A DNA stretch of 64,000 nucleotides from Hormiphora californensis (GCA_020137815.1 CM035353.1:4278001-4342000), one strand, 5' to 3'. Shown: positions 25,310 to 37,600, counted from the first letter of the stretch. A program made the numbers and translations. The notes: generated by a model not told the origin, from the letters alone.

Positions 25310-26016
25310 AACCAGTTCTGTAAACTGTTTTTTAGTCATTTATGTGTGTGTAGTACACACTGTGAACTGTGTATTTTACTTCATGCTTTTTATGGTCGTG
25401 ACCAAATATTGAATTTTTGAATTCTCCAGTGTGTCATGCATGAAAATGATTTACTAATATCTTACACACATAAACTATTATCACATTATGTATCAAACAC
25501 CGAACAATTGAAGGTCTGTACTAGGAGCAGGCATCAGGGAGGACGCTGTGTGAAACGGTATCTTTATTGGAATCAGCCAACTCTACAGAAAACTTTGGCT
25601 TGACATGCGCTATAGTCTCCTCTTGGGATGCGTGAGTGGGGGCTGTAACACATTGTCCCCTGCCCTTCGGGCTTCGGTATTCACCGGATGATCATTTCAG
25701 TGGAACGTGTACTAAAGGAAGACTATCCTCCTCTCTCTCTCCTTTCCCGGGGTCCGAATGTAATTGGTATTCGACTCTGTTAGTTGTTACCCAGATAATT
25801 CTGACACTATGGTAACGCATTTAGGAAGTAATTTGCTGGTGATGCCTCACTTTTGTTTAGTTAGCACACACATTTCAAACCTGCTGTTGAATTGCTTTAC
25901 TGCACATTTACCACGCTGATTCATTGAACTAATAAGTTTTTACGAGCTCTGGAAGTGTCAATCTTAACCTTCTCGGCCAATCTACCAATATAACTCTACC
26001 ATTGCAGCACTATATA

Positions 26017-26850
26017 ATGGCGTCTAATGTGAAGGTAGTTATAGTTGGTGATGGGGCAGTTGGGAAAACATGTTTGCTAATTACTTATACCGAGGACACT
26101 TTTCCGAGTGAATACATCCCAACGTAAGGAGTTCTACTAATTACTAGCCAGGCTGAATAACACTGCTAGAACTGTACTTAATTTAAGGCGACTTATTGTG
26201 AATTATTGTGACTTACTAACACTACACTACTGATATCAGTGTTGGTGAGAACTACCAGACCACCCTAATTGTTGAGGAGAATCCAGTATCTCTTCAGTTT
26301 TGGGACACTGCAGGACAAGAAGACTATGATCGTCTTCGACCTCTATCCTATCCGGGAACTGATGTTTTCATTTTGTGTTTTTCCGTGGACAATAGAGATT
26401 CATTTGAGCATACTGAATCAATGTGGATGCCAGAGGTAATAAAAATAAATCCTTAAAAGATAACTTTGGCCTGTATATCCCAAATTTTGGAATTTCAGTC
26501 ACCTGTTAATTCCCTTTAGTTGTCTCACCACTGCCCGGGAGTACCCATCATTCTGGTGGGGACCAAGGCAGACCTCCGATATGATCCCAATCTGTCGTGC
26601 GTTGGTTTAGCAGAGGGAGTGGGCATGGCAAGGAAGATTGGAGCGGTGAAGTTTATGGAATGTTCTGCTCTAAACCAGGAAGGTATGTCCATTCAGTGTC
26701 CCCCAATTTAGCTAAATGAATGCCAACAACCTGGTAACTACTGAACCACTTTGTTTTTATATAGGCTTAAAAGAAGTGTTTGACGAAGCCATTAGGGCTG
26801 CTCTTGCTGGACAGAAGAAGTCCAAGAAAACTAAGTGTACTCTGGCATAA
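26017..26850 (+). CDS. Rac/Rho-family small GTPase, paralogue 2 (exons 26017-26123, 26240-26435, 26520-26681, 26765-26850)
   Basis: [61 protein letters not shown]. Confidence 0.95.
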
Positions 26851-27167
26851 ACTGTTTTTTAGTTATGTATGTACCAAAATACTTAGTTCATTGATTGCTA
26901 TTTACTGTAGAACTGATTAATTTTCAATAATGTACTTTTCTCGTAGATGTTTAAGTCTGTATTGCGTGACATGTTTAGACCAATCACAGCTCCAACACGC
27001 ATGACGCATTCGTGGCCAGTGGAGTCAAAATTTAAAAAATAATATACGCACTGGAAACTGCAGTGCAAGTCAGTAAGTCAGTAAAATAAGAACAGTATGG
27101 GGTTAATTTCTACAGTTCCCATTCACAGTGTGGGATCAGGGACGCAGCTGGGCCTTCGGCCCAGCGC

Positions 27168-27415
27168 GGGGCGCCGTTACGATCTGGGTGTTTGGTGGCC
27201 TGTTTACAGGTGCGCGCTGCCAAAAAAGTTGATTCACTAAAACGGCTCTAACCGCCGAACCACTCAACCGTTTTGGCTCATCCAAAGTTTATCTAGTAGG
27301 CAATGTCAAGGCCTAACCCCAACCCAAACCCCAACCCTAACCCTAACCCTACTTTAGCCCTAACCCTAAAAAACCGTTTGTCAGCACTCACGAAACACCC
27401 AGATTTTAACGCTGG
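27168..27415 (+). repeat. Interspersed repeat of about 270 bp with a telomere-like CCCTAA tract (other copies in opposite orientation at 29275-29488, 30413-30689, 35496-35575; partial at 28300-28352)
   Basis: Shared GCCTGTTTACAGGTGCGCGCTGCCAAAAAAGTTGATTCACTAAAA and CCCTAACCCTAA segments. Confidence 0.85.
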
Positions 27416-27899
27416 CCCCCAGCGCGTACCTGTGCGTTCAGGGGTCTTGGGCGCTAGCCCGGGTCAGGGGGCGTGGGGGGTGAAACCCCCCACAAGCGGG
27501 GTCCAGGGGCGCAGCCCCGGCGGGGGTTTAGGGGATAATGCATCGCATTTCAAGCGCTTCAAAGGTTTTAAAAAAAAGTAAATCTAAGATTTTTCAAGGT
27601 TGTTGAAAACTGTAAAGTTTCAAGTTATCAGAGAACCGTGCTAGGAGCAGGCAGTCTGCTGCAGTCCCTTTCAAATGAAGGAAAACGAGTTGTCTGTAAT
27701 TAAACTGTGTCAGTGCGGGATATAAACTGTCATTTTTATTATTATTATTATTATTATATTACTTAAGCTTAAGCGTAAAAACAGTGCGCGTGCGTTCGCG
27801 GCGTAAATTCTGATTTTGCGCGTGACGAAGCAAATTGTTGCGCTGCGCGCTCGATAATGGATATATATACCATATATATATTTTTTATACTGCTGAATA

Positions 27900-28125
27900 T
27901 AAAGTCGGATTTTTTGAAACTGTCACCCCCCTGGGTATTTTCAAATTTCGTAAATGACCATAAATCCGGTTCCTGACGAGATAGAGACTTGAAATTTGGA
28001 GGTTACGAAGATCTTGCTAAGTTCTTCCGAACCTCCAAATTTCAAGTCTCTATCTTATCAGGAACCGGAAATATGGCAAATTTTGTTATTTCAGGGGGGT
28101 GACAGTTTCAAAAAATCCGACTTTA
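27900..28125. mobile_element. Palindromic MITE (related copy near 61605-61758)
   Basis: TAAAGTCGGATTTTTTGAAACTGTCACCCCCCTG ... CAGGGGGGTGACAGTTTCAAAAAATCCGACTTTA. Confidence 0.85.
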
Positions 28126-28511
28126 AAGTCCATTTTTATTCAACTGTTCACCCTCCAACTCGTGCGCGTGCGATATTTTAATTTACGCTGCGCGCGTTAC
28201 ACGTTAACATGTGATAGACGCGCAAAACAATTCCGCGCACGACTTTGGGGGGTGAACAGTTGAAAAAAAATGGAGTATAAAAAAAGTGAAAAACGGAAAA
28301 CGTTAAAATCTGGGTGCCTTGCAGCCTGTTTACAGGTGCGCGCTACCAAAAGAGTATAAAGTCCATTTTTATTCAACTGTTCACCCTCCAACTCGTGCGC
28401 GTGCGATATTTTAATTTACGCTGCGCGCGCTACACGTTAACATGTGATAGACGCGCAAAACATTTCCGCGCACGACTTTGGGGGGTGAACAGTTGAAAAA
28501 AAATGGACTTT
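28125..28511. mobile_element. Two copies of a MITE of about 150 bp (28125-28275, 28358-28511); degenerate copy at 36300-36425
   Basis: AAAGTCCATTTTTATTCAACTGTTCACCC...GGGTGAACAGTTGAAAAAAAATGGA. Confidence 0.8.
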
Positions 28512-29488
28512 ACTTAGACCGACTTTTTTCAAACGGCTATAGCCATGGAACCACTTGGAATGCGCTGCAGCCCCCTCATGCGCGCACCCCCGCAACGAGG
28601 GGACTGGAGGGAATGCCGCGCGCGCGTTTGGCCTGATCCCGGCTGGGTCGAAGATAACTTTGCGGTCGAAAAAACGGCGGTGCTTATAACTTTGGCTCCT
28701 GAAGTCCGTTTGACTTGATTCTTTCACCAGTTGTTAGATCTGACGATTATCTACCTTGCTGTTTTTGAGAGAAGTTAATTGGACTTAAGGAGGCTGAGCA
28801 ATAGCCGTTGAAAGATGGGTTGTTTTCAAAAAGTGACGTCACAGATTCTTGCAGGGACACCTTTTTTAAAATTTCATTCAAATTTTGATTTTACCGCACT
28901 CGATTTTGCGGAGTTTGGTTCATATCTCCTGTTCCTGATAAGATAGAGACCTGAAACCGGTTGCATTTGAAAGCTGTTATCTTCCTCTTTCCAACGCTAC
29001 CAAAACGATTTCTGTACCTTATCTGGAACCGGAGATATGATTGATTATGTATTCCCCCCTAGCGCGGTATTCCCTCCAGGCCCCTTATATTATATTATAA
29101 GGGGCCTGCAACGTATGCCAATGGAACCACATGGCCGATTTGAGTAAACTAAACGGTATCAGTTAGAGAATCGATAGCCCTAACCGATAACCCCAAACCA
29201 AACCCTAACCAGACCCTAACGGATAGCCCTAACCCGTCGCGCGCGCCAAAACTACGAATTGTTAGCAATGAAAGGCACCCAGATTTTAACGTTTTCCGTG
29301 AAAAACGGCCAGCCTTAAAATCTGGGTGTTTTGGGAGTGCTGACAAACGGTTTTCTAGGGTTAGGGCTAAAGTAGGGTTAGGGTTAGGGTTGGGGTTGGG
29401 GTTTGGGTTGGGGTTAGGCCTTGACATTCCCTACCAGATAAACTGTGAATCAGCCAAAACGGTTGAGTGGTTTGGCGGTTAGAGCCAT

Positions 29489-30412
29489 GGGCCAAACTGG
29501 TAAACGGTCTTTCACCCAGGTTGTATATTTCTGTATCATTGCTCGGCTTTTTACCTAGGTTTGGGTATAGTCCAATTTTCTACTCGAGTGGCGGGGTGCC
29601 GGGCACTTAATTCTTTTCTCTGGTCTTGTCTTGGTGGTATGGGGCTTGATCCTGGTATCACTGGATAGGTCTCTGCCTTGTCGAGCGTCACTGGTTCAGC
29701 CAGTTTCACATCTGTTGAGCGAGTTGGTGTGTGGCGACCTGTCGCTTGAGTGGGAAATTGGACTTTAGTTTGTATTTTGCTATCTTTGGATCCCTTGATC
29801 CAAGAGCGTTTTATATCTTTCTGAACTGCATTTGCAGTTGTGGTTGCTCTTTCAATTTTCGTTTCATGTAGAAATCTATCAACTCTCTATTCACAGGATA
29901 TCACATCACAATGTTGCCAAAAGGGATTTGAAGTTTTATCGTTCACTATCATACTCTGCAAGACACGAGTACACCATTTTTCAAGACCAAGCTCAACATT
30001 ACCTGATTAAGACCTCATCTTTTCCATGACGGGCACACCTTTGACCTTTCAAGTTCCTTATTGAGACTGGTGTAGTAATTTTTTACGTTGAGATCTATGG
30101 CCTCTGTTGCGCTATATTTTTCTAGACTTTTGTATGATTCTATCTTGTGGATATTCAGTGTTCAGTTTATGCTGTTTTGATTAACTTATTTATTAATTAT
30201 ATGTGACAGTTTATGCTGTTTTTTAATTAACTTATTAACTATGTATTTAATTATATGACAACGAGGACTTTCGGAAGGACATTGATACGAAGATGCGCTT
30301 TAGAAAGCGAGTTTTGATCGAAAGGACGCTTTAGTATAAGTCGATCGAGATAAACACTTTTCGCTCAAAAGCGATTTATAAATGTTAAATGTTATTGTTA
30401 TTGTTATTGTTA
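29489..30412 (+). mobile_element. 5'-truncated, decayed LINE 3' fragment (L2/CR1-like)
   Basis: Interrupts the host repeat at AGAGCCAT|TTTAGTGAATC; ends AAAAGCGATTTATAAAT plus (GTTATT)n; FKTKL-like remnant near 29980. Confidence 0.55.
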
Positions 30413-30790
30413 TTTTAGTGAATCAACTTTTTTGGCAGCGCGCACCTGTAAACAGCCAGATCGTAACGGCGCCCGTGAAAAACGGCCAGGGTTAAAATCT
30501 GGGTGTTTGGTGAGTAAAAAAGTTAGAGTGCTGACAGATAAACGGTTTTTTAGGGTTAGGGTTGAAGTAGGGCTAGGGTTAGTGTTGGGGTTTGGGTTGG
30601 GGATAGGCCTTGGCATTTCCTACCAGATAAACTTTGAATTAGCCAAAACGGTTGAGTGGTTTGGCGGTTAGAGCCATTTTAGTGAATCTTGAAACTTTAA
30701 AAATAATTAAGGCTATCAACAAAAACATGACCACCTCTCAAGACTTTATTTCACAGTACAAAAGTTCGATTATTAGTTAAATAAAAATAA

Positions 30791-30824
<34 letters not shown>

Positions 30825-31143
30825 TTCCGCGCTTATATACCGCCCATACCCGACGGAAACATGTCAAAATATTGGCGATGTTCCGACGAGTCATCAGAGC
30901 GGTATATCCTAGAGTAAAAATATCGCACACGAACAATTCTGGTTGAAAAAGACAATATATGGAAAACCAAATTAACTGGACTTATCAAACTGGGGGAATA
31001 ACTGGTCCCATAAACCTGTAGATATAATTTTAAACACGCTATACTCACACCTGCTCAAAAAAGGATACCAGATAGCGACTTAATAACATGACTAGAGAGA
31101 GGATGACACTGATTGCCCGCAGACCCCACAACTACAACAAACA

Positions 31144-34137
31144 TTACAACTCAGCCATGGGTTCCCCATCACCCACTCCAAATGCACCAACGAAGAGATG
31201 TGTTTTCAGGCGAGCTTTAAAGGTATCAACGTTGGGGATCGACCTTAACTCGAGGGGTAGCTCATTCCAAATAGCAGGCAGAAATACTGATAGTCTCCTA
31301 CGTCTCAATTTAGAATTGGCGTTGATACTGGTCATCTTGGGGTGTTTTAATCTGTAAGGATCAATAACACTAGTCATCCTTGTTGTCCTGGAGACTCCCC
31401 AGCTTTTATCAAGAGGAACCATTTCCTGGAGGTAACCTGGTGCCGTTCCATAGACTATCTTATAAGCGATTAGACAGGCTTTGAAGTCCAGTCTGTAGGA
31501 GATGGGTAAAATATGACACTGCCTGAAGTATTCCGAGTAATCCTCTTGATGCCCATGGATGTTGAATATAAAGCGTACACAGGAGTTTAGTGTTTTCTGG
31601 AGCCCACCAAGAACTCGGGCCGGAAGTCCACAGTACAGAATATTACTGTAATCAATCCTCGATATAATCAATTGTTTGACCAGCATTATCTTCGTTTGAA
31701 TATCAAAACATCTGTGTAACTGCCAAAGATTCCGTAGTATCAGCCCACACTGTTTCCTCACATTGTTAACCTGTCGTTCAAGATTAAGATTGTGGTCCAA
31801 GAGTATTCCCAAGGTTTTCCCATCTGCTCCACTACATTCACTGGGGAAGATTTCCGTTCCTCCAAAGTTGATAACTGGATCGAAAGAGATTTTACTCAAA
31901 GAACTGCGCTTTCCAAGCAGGATGAATTCCGTTTTGGCCTCATTACACTTCAACCACTGCCCCACCATCCACCGTTTCACCTTCGCCAGACACTCCTCAA
32001 TATCCACCTTCGTCCTAGACCAGCCAGTAGAATCCGTAGGAACCAAACTCACATAGAGCTGGGAGTCGTCTGCATATAACTTTATCCGGAGTCCATATGG
32101 TTCCACAATATCTTGCACAGCTTCAATGTAAAGTAGAAACAAAATAGGACCAAGAAGAGACCCCTGGGGCACTCCACAGAGTAAGGCCAGGGTATCCGAG
32201 AGACAATCACCAACCGAGACTCTAAAAGATCTGGAACTCAGGTAGCTCTTAAACCATTGAAGAGGATCACCATCCACTCCAAACCGTTTCTGCAACACCT
32301 CCAACAACTTTCCATGATCCACTGTGTCAAACGCAGCGCTCATGTCCAAACAGATCAGAGCAACAACATTTCCTTTATCCATCTCACCTAATACATCATC
32401 AAACATGCTGGCTAACAGCGTTTCGCAACTGTGACCAGCACGATAACCGGATTGATGCTTGCCCAGAAGTGAATTGCTTTCAAGGTACTCATTCAGCTGC
32501 GTGAGCACCACCTTTTCTAGGAGCTTAGAAAGGAATGGGATATTAGAGACAGGACGATAGTTACTGAGAGCTTCCCTATCTCCGTACAGATTCTTGATGG
32601 TAGGAAACACGATAGCTTTCTGGAGAGATTCCGCAACTGTAGACTGATGTAGAGATTGGTTTACCATCGATGTTAATACCGGAGCAAGATCCCTAATGCA
32701 CTCCTTTACTACCCAAGTGGGCAACGGATCAAGGTCACAATGTTTGCTTGACATAGACTTCACCACCTTAACAAGTTCCTCCTCCGATATCTCTTTGAAT
32801 TCCTTCCATGTTGAATGACAGGCTTTTCCGGGTTCCTCAAAGTCGCCAGCTTGCTTCTGCTCCTCATTGACTTGGGTTCGAATTTTTTCCACTTTGGAAC
32901 TAAAGAACTGGGAGAAATCATCTGCCAAGTTCTTGGTGTTTGTTGTTTCAGGAAGAATTGTTTCAGCTTTTCCAAGGAGTTTCTGGAGCTTACTTTGCAA
33001 TTTCTTTGGGTCACCTTTGGCAGCAACCAAGTCCTCTTTAATGAAAAGTGACCTCTTTTCCCTATCCATCTTTCCATACAGTTTCTTCAGGTCATTAAAT
33101 CTCCGTTTCGCATCCATAGTTCCAAGTTTCCGCCAACACCGTTCTGCATTCCTCCTCTCTCGAAGTAATCCTCTAAGTTCCTCATCCCTCCATGGCTTAA
33201 ACTTTTTACCAGTCCTCACCCGTTTCCTCGGTACTCGCTTCTCCACTATACCTTCCAGCCAACGATAGAAATTCACCACGCCCTCCTCTGGATCCCTACC
33301 TCCTTCAAAATCTGCCTTCCGCAAGTCCTCTTTAAATCCTTCCAAATCCACTGACTTGTAATCCATGTATTCTCGATGCACTGATTTCTTCAGACAGGAG
33401 TTCGACAGGTCAGGTCTCACTTGAATCCCAAACTGTACTAGGAAGTGATCTGATGTAGTACCATTAGGAAATATGGATATGTCACCTAGAGAAGTTTCTC
33501 TTGTAGTTATCACCAAGTCCAAGGTTCCTCCCAGCTGGTGAGTAGGCAACATTGGTACTCTTTGTTGAAGATCAAATGAATCCAGCAGCTCCAAAAGTTT
33601 CCTTGCATAGAAGTTATTATCATCTTGCACCTGGAAGTTTAGGTCACCAGCGATGATCGGAGTACCTTGCTTCATAACAAGCTCGGAAAGGTAGTCACCA
33701 AACTCCGACAGGAAAGTTGCTTCTGTAAGTCTCGACCTCGGTGTGTACGGAGGACGATAGACATTACAGATTCTCTTCGGTTGATCTCTGTCACTGATCA
33801 GAACCTCTTGTACTTGAAAAGACTTATACTTGGTCTTCACTGGACACTGCCGAAGAACTATGCCATCTCGAAAAAGTATTCCGATTCCTCCACCTCCTCT
33901 GTCTCCTCTGGGGCATGAGAAAATGTCCCATCCATTATCTCTGATTTCTTGAAGTTTTCCAGTGTCCGTTGATTTCAAAAATGTCTCCTGTATAAGACAA
34001 ATATCACAATCCTCCTCTTCCAGATGCGAAATAACACCTCCAGTTTTGTTAATAAGAGAGCGGACATTTAGTGTCCCAATCTTCCAAGTCTTTTCCTGTG
34101 TAGCTCCTCCTTGGTCCTCGTCCAGTACAGGTTTTTT
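31144..34137 (-). CDS. LINE A ORF2: APE endonuclease plus reverse transcriptase (frame extends upstream to the slippery site)
   Basis: IGTLNV, LIQET, GDLNF, SDHF, NYRPVSN, LDMSAAFDTVDH, GVPQGSLLGP, YADD; uninterrupted. Confidence 0.95.
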   Translation of the reverse strand, partial: KKPVLDEDQGGATQEKTWKIGTLNVRSLINKTGGVISHLEEEDCDICLIQETFLKSTDTGKLQEIRDNGWDIFSCPRGDRGGGGIGILFRDGIVLRQCPVKTKYKSFQVQEVLISDRDQPKRICNVYRPPYTPRSRLTEATFLSEFGDYLSELVMKQGTPIIAGDLNFQVQDDNNFYARKLLELLDSFDLQQRVPMLPTHQLGGTLDLVITTRETSLGDISIFPNGTTSDHFLVQFGIQVRPDLSNSCLKKSVHREYMDYKSVDLEGFKEDLRKADFEGGRDPEEGVVNFYRWLEGIVEKRVPRKRVRTGKKFKPWRDEELRGLLRERRNAERCWRKLGTMDAKRRFNDLKKLYGKMDREKRSLFIKEDLVAAKGDPKKLQSKLQKLLGKAETILPETTNTKNLADDFSQFFSSKVEKIRTQVNEEQKQAGDFEEPGKACHSTWKEFKEISEEELVKVVKSMSSKHCDLDPLPTWVVKECIRDLAPVLTSMVNQSLHQSTVAESLQKAIVFPTIKNLYGDREALSNYRPVSNIPFLSKLLEKVVLTQLNEYLESNSLLGKHQSGYRAGHSCETLLASMFDDVLGEMDKGNVVALICLDMSAAFDTVDHGKLLEVLQKRFGVDGDPLQWFKSYLSSRSFRVSVGDCLSDTLALLCGVPQGSLLGPILFLLYIEAVQDIVEPYGLRIKLYADDSQLYVSLVPTDSTGWSRTKVDIEECLAKVKRWMVGQWLKCNEAKTEFILLGKRSSLSKISFDPVINFGGTEIFPSECSGADGKTLGILLDHNLNLERQVNNVRKQCGLILRNLWQLHRCFDIQTKIMLVKQLIISRIDYSNILYCGLPARVLGGLQKTLNSCVRFIFNIHGHQEDYSEYFRQCHILPISYRLDFKACLIAYKIVYGTAPGYLQEMVPLDKSWGVSRTTRMTSVIDPYRLKHPKMTSINANSKLRRRRLSVFLPAIWNELPLELRSIPNVDTFKARLKTHLFVGAFGVGDGEPMAEL

Positions 34138-35309
34138 TCCTCTTTGCTTACACCTGCAGTCCTCTCCATAAGCCGTGCTCGTTCATTGATGTAGGAAGGG
34201 CACCACATACTTGAAGCCGTATGGGTCTTCGAATACTTCTTGTCCTCTCTTGATCCTCCAACTTCACAGTTCACACATTTCATCCTACCAGTCTCGTTGT
34301 TCTTCTTTGCTCTACAGTCTTTCGTCTGATGCGATCCAGCACAGAAGCAGCATATTGGAGTATCCTTTTGGGGGCAGTAAATCGATCCTGCTATATGCCC
34401 AAATCCTTGACAGTGAAAACACTGTATCACATGATACCTGTTCTTGACAAAGTGTTGCCGAAGACCCAAGTTGATCTTATCCCCGTTAGTAGACAAAAGC
34501 CTCCGGATCTCTGGAGCCATCTGGATCACTGCATACCTGTCTCTTTCGCTCACAAACACCACCTTCAACTTCTTGTCCTCATGATAAAGTTTTCTGATAT
34601 CCACATTCTTGTCCAAAATCGCTGCCAGGATAGTCTCCTTTTTCAGTAGGTCTGGGTCCAAATCATTTATAGTTACCTTTGGTTCAAGCTTCTTGGCCTC
34701 CTCTGAGAAAAATGACATGGAACAGTCCTGTGCAAGTGGAGTCAAAACTTTCTCTGCTTCCTTCATCTGGTCTTCATCAGGGAAATACAGCCGGGTATGG
34801 TCACTGTTCACTCTGGATCTCACCACCGGTATCGTCTTCAACGCAGTTTCCACTTTGGGTTTGACCTCATCAGTCCACTTCTTCGCACAGAATCCTGGCC
34901 CTCCTTCCTCATTGATGCCAGTTTTAATATTCACATAGTGTTTCATCGTAGGTGTAACCGGTTCCTCTGGATCACCACCACCAATATCACTTCTACTATT
35001 CTCCATAGGTTTGACCAAAGCAGAGATAGTGGAAACCAGATCCTTGTGCAGCTTTGCAAACGACTCTTTCAGATCAGTCTGGTCTCCAGGAACAGAAAAC
35101 GGTGCCGACGCCGGAAGCATGTTGTAACAGGCTTTGAGAAGATGCCACAACTGAGGTTTATGGACAGACGACGGACAAACAGTGTCACCCCTCCCAAGGC
35201 ACACTAACAAATCACTACCCTTATAATCATTACTAAATACTTCTCCTGCTAACACGTCTTCAAAATCACTCTTAGTGATACATATGTCATAATTACTCGT
35301 AACGGTCAT
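34068..35309 (-). CDS. LINE A ORF1 (gag-like, zinc knuckles)
   Basis: 413 aa with CFHCQGFGH...C, CCFCAGSH...C and CVNC...H...C. Confidence 0.92.
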   Translation of the reverse strand: MTVTSNYDICITKSDFEDVLAGEVFSNDYKGSDLLVCLGRGDTVCPSSVHKPQLWHLLKACYNMLPASAPFSVPGDQTDLKESFAKLHKDLVSTISALVKPMENSRSDIGGGDPEEPVTPTMKHYVNIKTGINEEGGPGFCAKKWTDEVKPKVETALKTIPVVRSRVNSDHTRLYFPDEDQMKEAEKVLTPLAQDCSMSFFSEEAKKLEPKVTINDLDPDLLKKETILAAILDKNVDIRKLYHEDKKLKVVFVSERDRYAVIQMAPEIRRLLSTNGDKINLGLRQHFVKNRYHVIQCFHCQGFGHIAGSIYCPQKDTPICCFCAGSHQTKDCRAKKNNETGRMKCVNCEVGGSREDKKYSKTHTASSMWCPSYINERARLMERTAGVSKEEKNLYWTRTKEELHRKRLGRLGH

Positions 35310-35450
35310 CCTAAAACACCCGTTGCACGCCGGCCAACAACAAACTCTTCACTGATATCACTCGTAAGTTAAGTTAAAGTAGGCCTAACAGAGATCTAAA
35401 AGATTAGAGAATAGATGCTAACACAGTTATCAGGAACGATTGACGGCAAA

Positions 35451-35491
35451 CTCAAATTAATTTGTTTAAAGTAGTGTTGAAAAGTTTGAAA
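35451..35491 (-). other. Spliced-leader exon sequence at the 5' terminus of LINE A
   Basis: TTTCAAACTTTTCAACACTACTTTAAACAAATTAATTTGAG, identical over 40 nt to 39360-39399; SL identity recalled from the ctenophore literature. Confidence 0.85.
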
Positions 35492-35744
35492 ATAAAATCA
35501 ACTTTTTTGGCAGCGTGCACCTGTAAACAGGCCTCCAAACACCCAGATCGTAACGGCGCCCGTGAAAAACGGTCCGTCGAGTGGACACATCGCAAGCTTT
35601 TCTTTGTTCTGTGTTTCTGTTTCTGTGTGCCTTGTTGGTGTTTCGGGTTTGGTGTTTCGGGTTTGGTGTTTCGGGTTTGGTGTTTTGGCCATTTTTGCGT
35701 GGCGGTGCCCTGAACCCTTATGCCCCTTTTTCTCCCATCAAGGT

Positions 35745-37600
35745 ATGGCAAAGAGATCACTTAGATCTGGTACTGGAGAGTCAGTAAAAATCATCACTAG
35801 ATCTGCTAGAAAGTTTGTAATTCCTCCCCTCCTGAAAACAGAACAAATTATGGTGGAAGATATCATCAAACCAGAGATCGACCCACCCTGCACAGACTCC
35901 AAGAGTTCGGAGATTACCGGTATAGCAGATAACACCATCTATTACACATGTGGTGGTTGTGGGGAATCGGGTGTTCACCATTTGGGTTTAGAGTACCGAC
36001 TAGTTAGAACAGCCACGTTAGTGGAGGTTGGTTCTCAAACTGGTGATGCCTCTGAGATTCAAGTAAAGGCTTCTGGAATGATAGGATCAGAGGTTGGAAT
36101 CTTAGACGATGCAATGGAAAGGAATAACCAAAACAATCCTGTCCTAGTTTCTGTTTCTGCTTCTTCGCCAATTATTGCGTCTTCTGCATCTAATAATGGT
36201 AAGTTTTGTGGGGAATCTTTCCAATAACATTCCGTTGCCTTTTACTATGTACTTTGTCAGTTAATTTTTGTCTATTTTCACGCAAACCTATCCAAACCTA
36301 TACTTTCAACTTCCACCTCCAAAGTCGTGCACAGAATTGTTTTGTGCGTTTATCAAATTAACGTGTAACACGTGCAAAAAATTCCAAATTTCAATTTTGG
36401 GGGAACAGATGCAAAAAGTGGATTTTTTATTTTATAAAGTTCTAACCCTCCTTTTTATTTTCAGAAGATACTTCCGAAGATGAGGCTTGCTCTGACTCAG
36501 ATGAAGAGGGATCTTTGGATGAATCTAGTGGTGAGGAAGAGGTTAGCAGCTCTGAAGATGACATGATGCTATGTCTCACAGATGAGACACTCAGTGATTC
36601 CAGTGAAGAAGAAGAAAGTGTTCCACAGAATTCTTCCCAGAAACCCAACTCTACAAAACTCCCTGTTCCCCAGTCACAAATCCTACCTCCGCAATCTATT
36701 AATAACCAACCGACCACTTCCAATCCTGATTGTCGTCGGAAATCTGCCAGGAATAAAAGAGCTAAAGCTGGTCCAGATCAAGAGTCCCTACTGTATTTGT
36801 CTCCTGGGTCCTCGAGTGAAAGAGAGGTCGGTCCTGCTCAAAATAAAACACTCGGTAAAAACATTCGAAATTCGTTAGCAGAGGATTCGACTGAGAAAAA
36901 TGTGCAGAAATCTGGTTACCAGTGTAAAATTGTTCGGTGCTCGGTCGTAAAATCTTCGGAGAAGGACTTGTTTGAGCACGTTAGGATTAAACACTCTGAC
37001 AGAAAACACCGGTGTAATGTCTGTCCAATAGCTTTTAAGCAATCTGGTCACCTTAATCGGCACAAACGCATCCACAGTGGAGATAAACCTCACCAATGTG
37101 ACGAGTGTGGAATGAAGTTTGTTACGAGAAGCACTCTTGAGCGACATCAACTTTCTACTCATAATGACAAAAAAATTGTTTCTTGCCAAAGAAAAAATTG
37201 TGGCGTGAGAGTATTCAAGAATGAGTTGTTCGACCACATCATAACGGCACACCCGAAAGAGAAGTTTCAATGTGATATTTGTCCTATGAGTTTCAAGTCA
37301 TCTAAGAATTTAATGGAGCATGCACGAAACCATAATGGTAATAAACCATACATATGTGAGATCTGTGGGAAGAATTTTTCTTATTTTAGTTCTTATAAAA
37401 GACATGTTGTTGTGCATAATGGAATGCTTCCATTCAAATGTGAGGTCTGTGGTAAACTGTTTTCTCGAGCAGATGATATTAGGAAACATATGAGAATGCA
37501 CACTGGCGAGAAACCGTTTCAATGTTCTTTCTGTGAGAAATGCTTCACATTTCCTTCTCCCAGAAGCGTTCATGAGCTTTCTTGTTCTGCGAAACAATAA
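35745..37600 (+). CDS. C2H2 zinc-finger protein (exons 35745-36198, 36465-37600)
   Basis: Phase-1 intron joins in frame; acidic region then about 8 C2H2 fingers with HTGEKPF/HSGDKPH linkers; pyrimidine tract plus AG just before the ATG (candidate trans-splice acceptor). Confidence 0.9.

Larger units (their letters stand above)
30790..35491 (-). mobile_element. Full-length non-LTR retrotransposon A (CR1/L2 group)
   Basis: ORF1 plus ORF2 (APE-RT), 3' stem-loop, (ATT)n tail, approximate TSD TTTTATTT, 5' SL-like 40-mer. Confidence 0.95.

Noticed and set aside
29355-29420. True or interstitial telomere
   Set aside because: Short degenerate TTAGGG tract that is a fixed part of an interspersed repeat.
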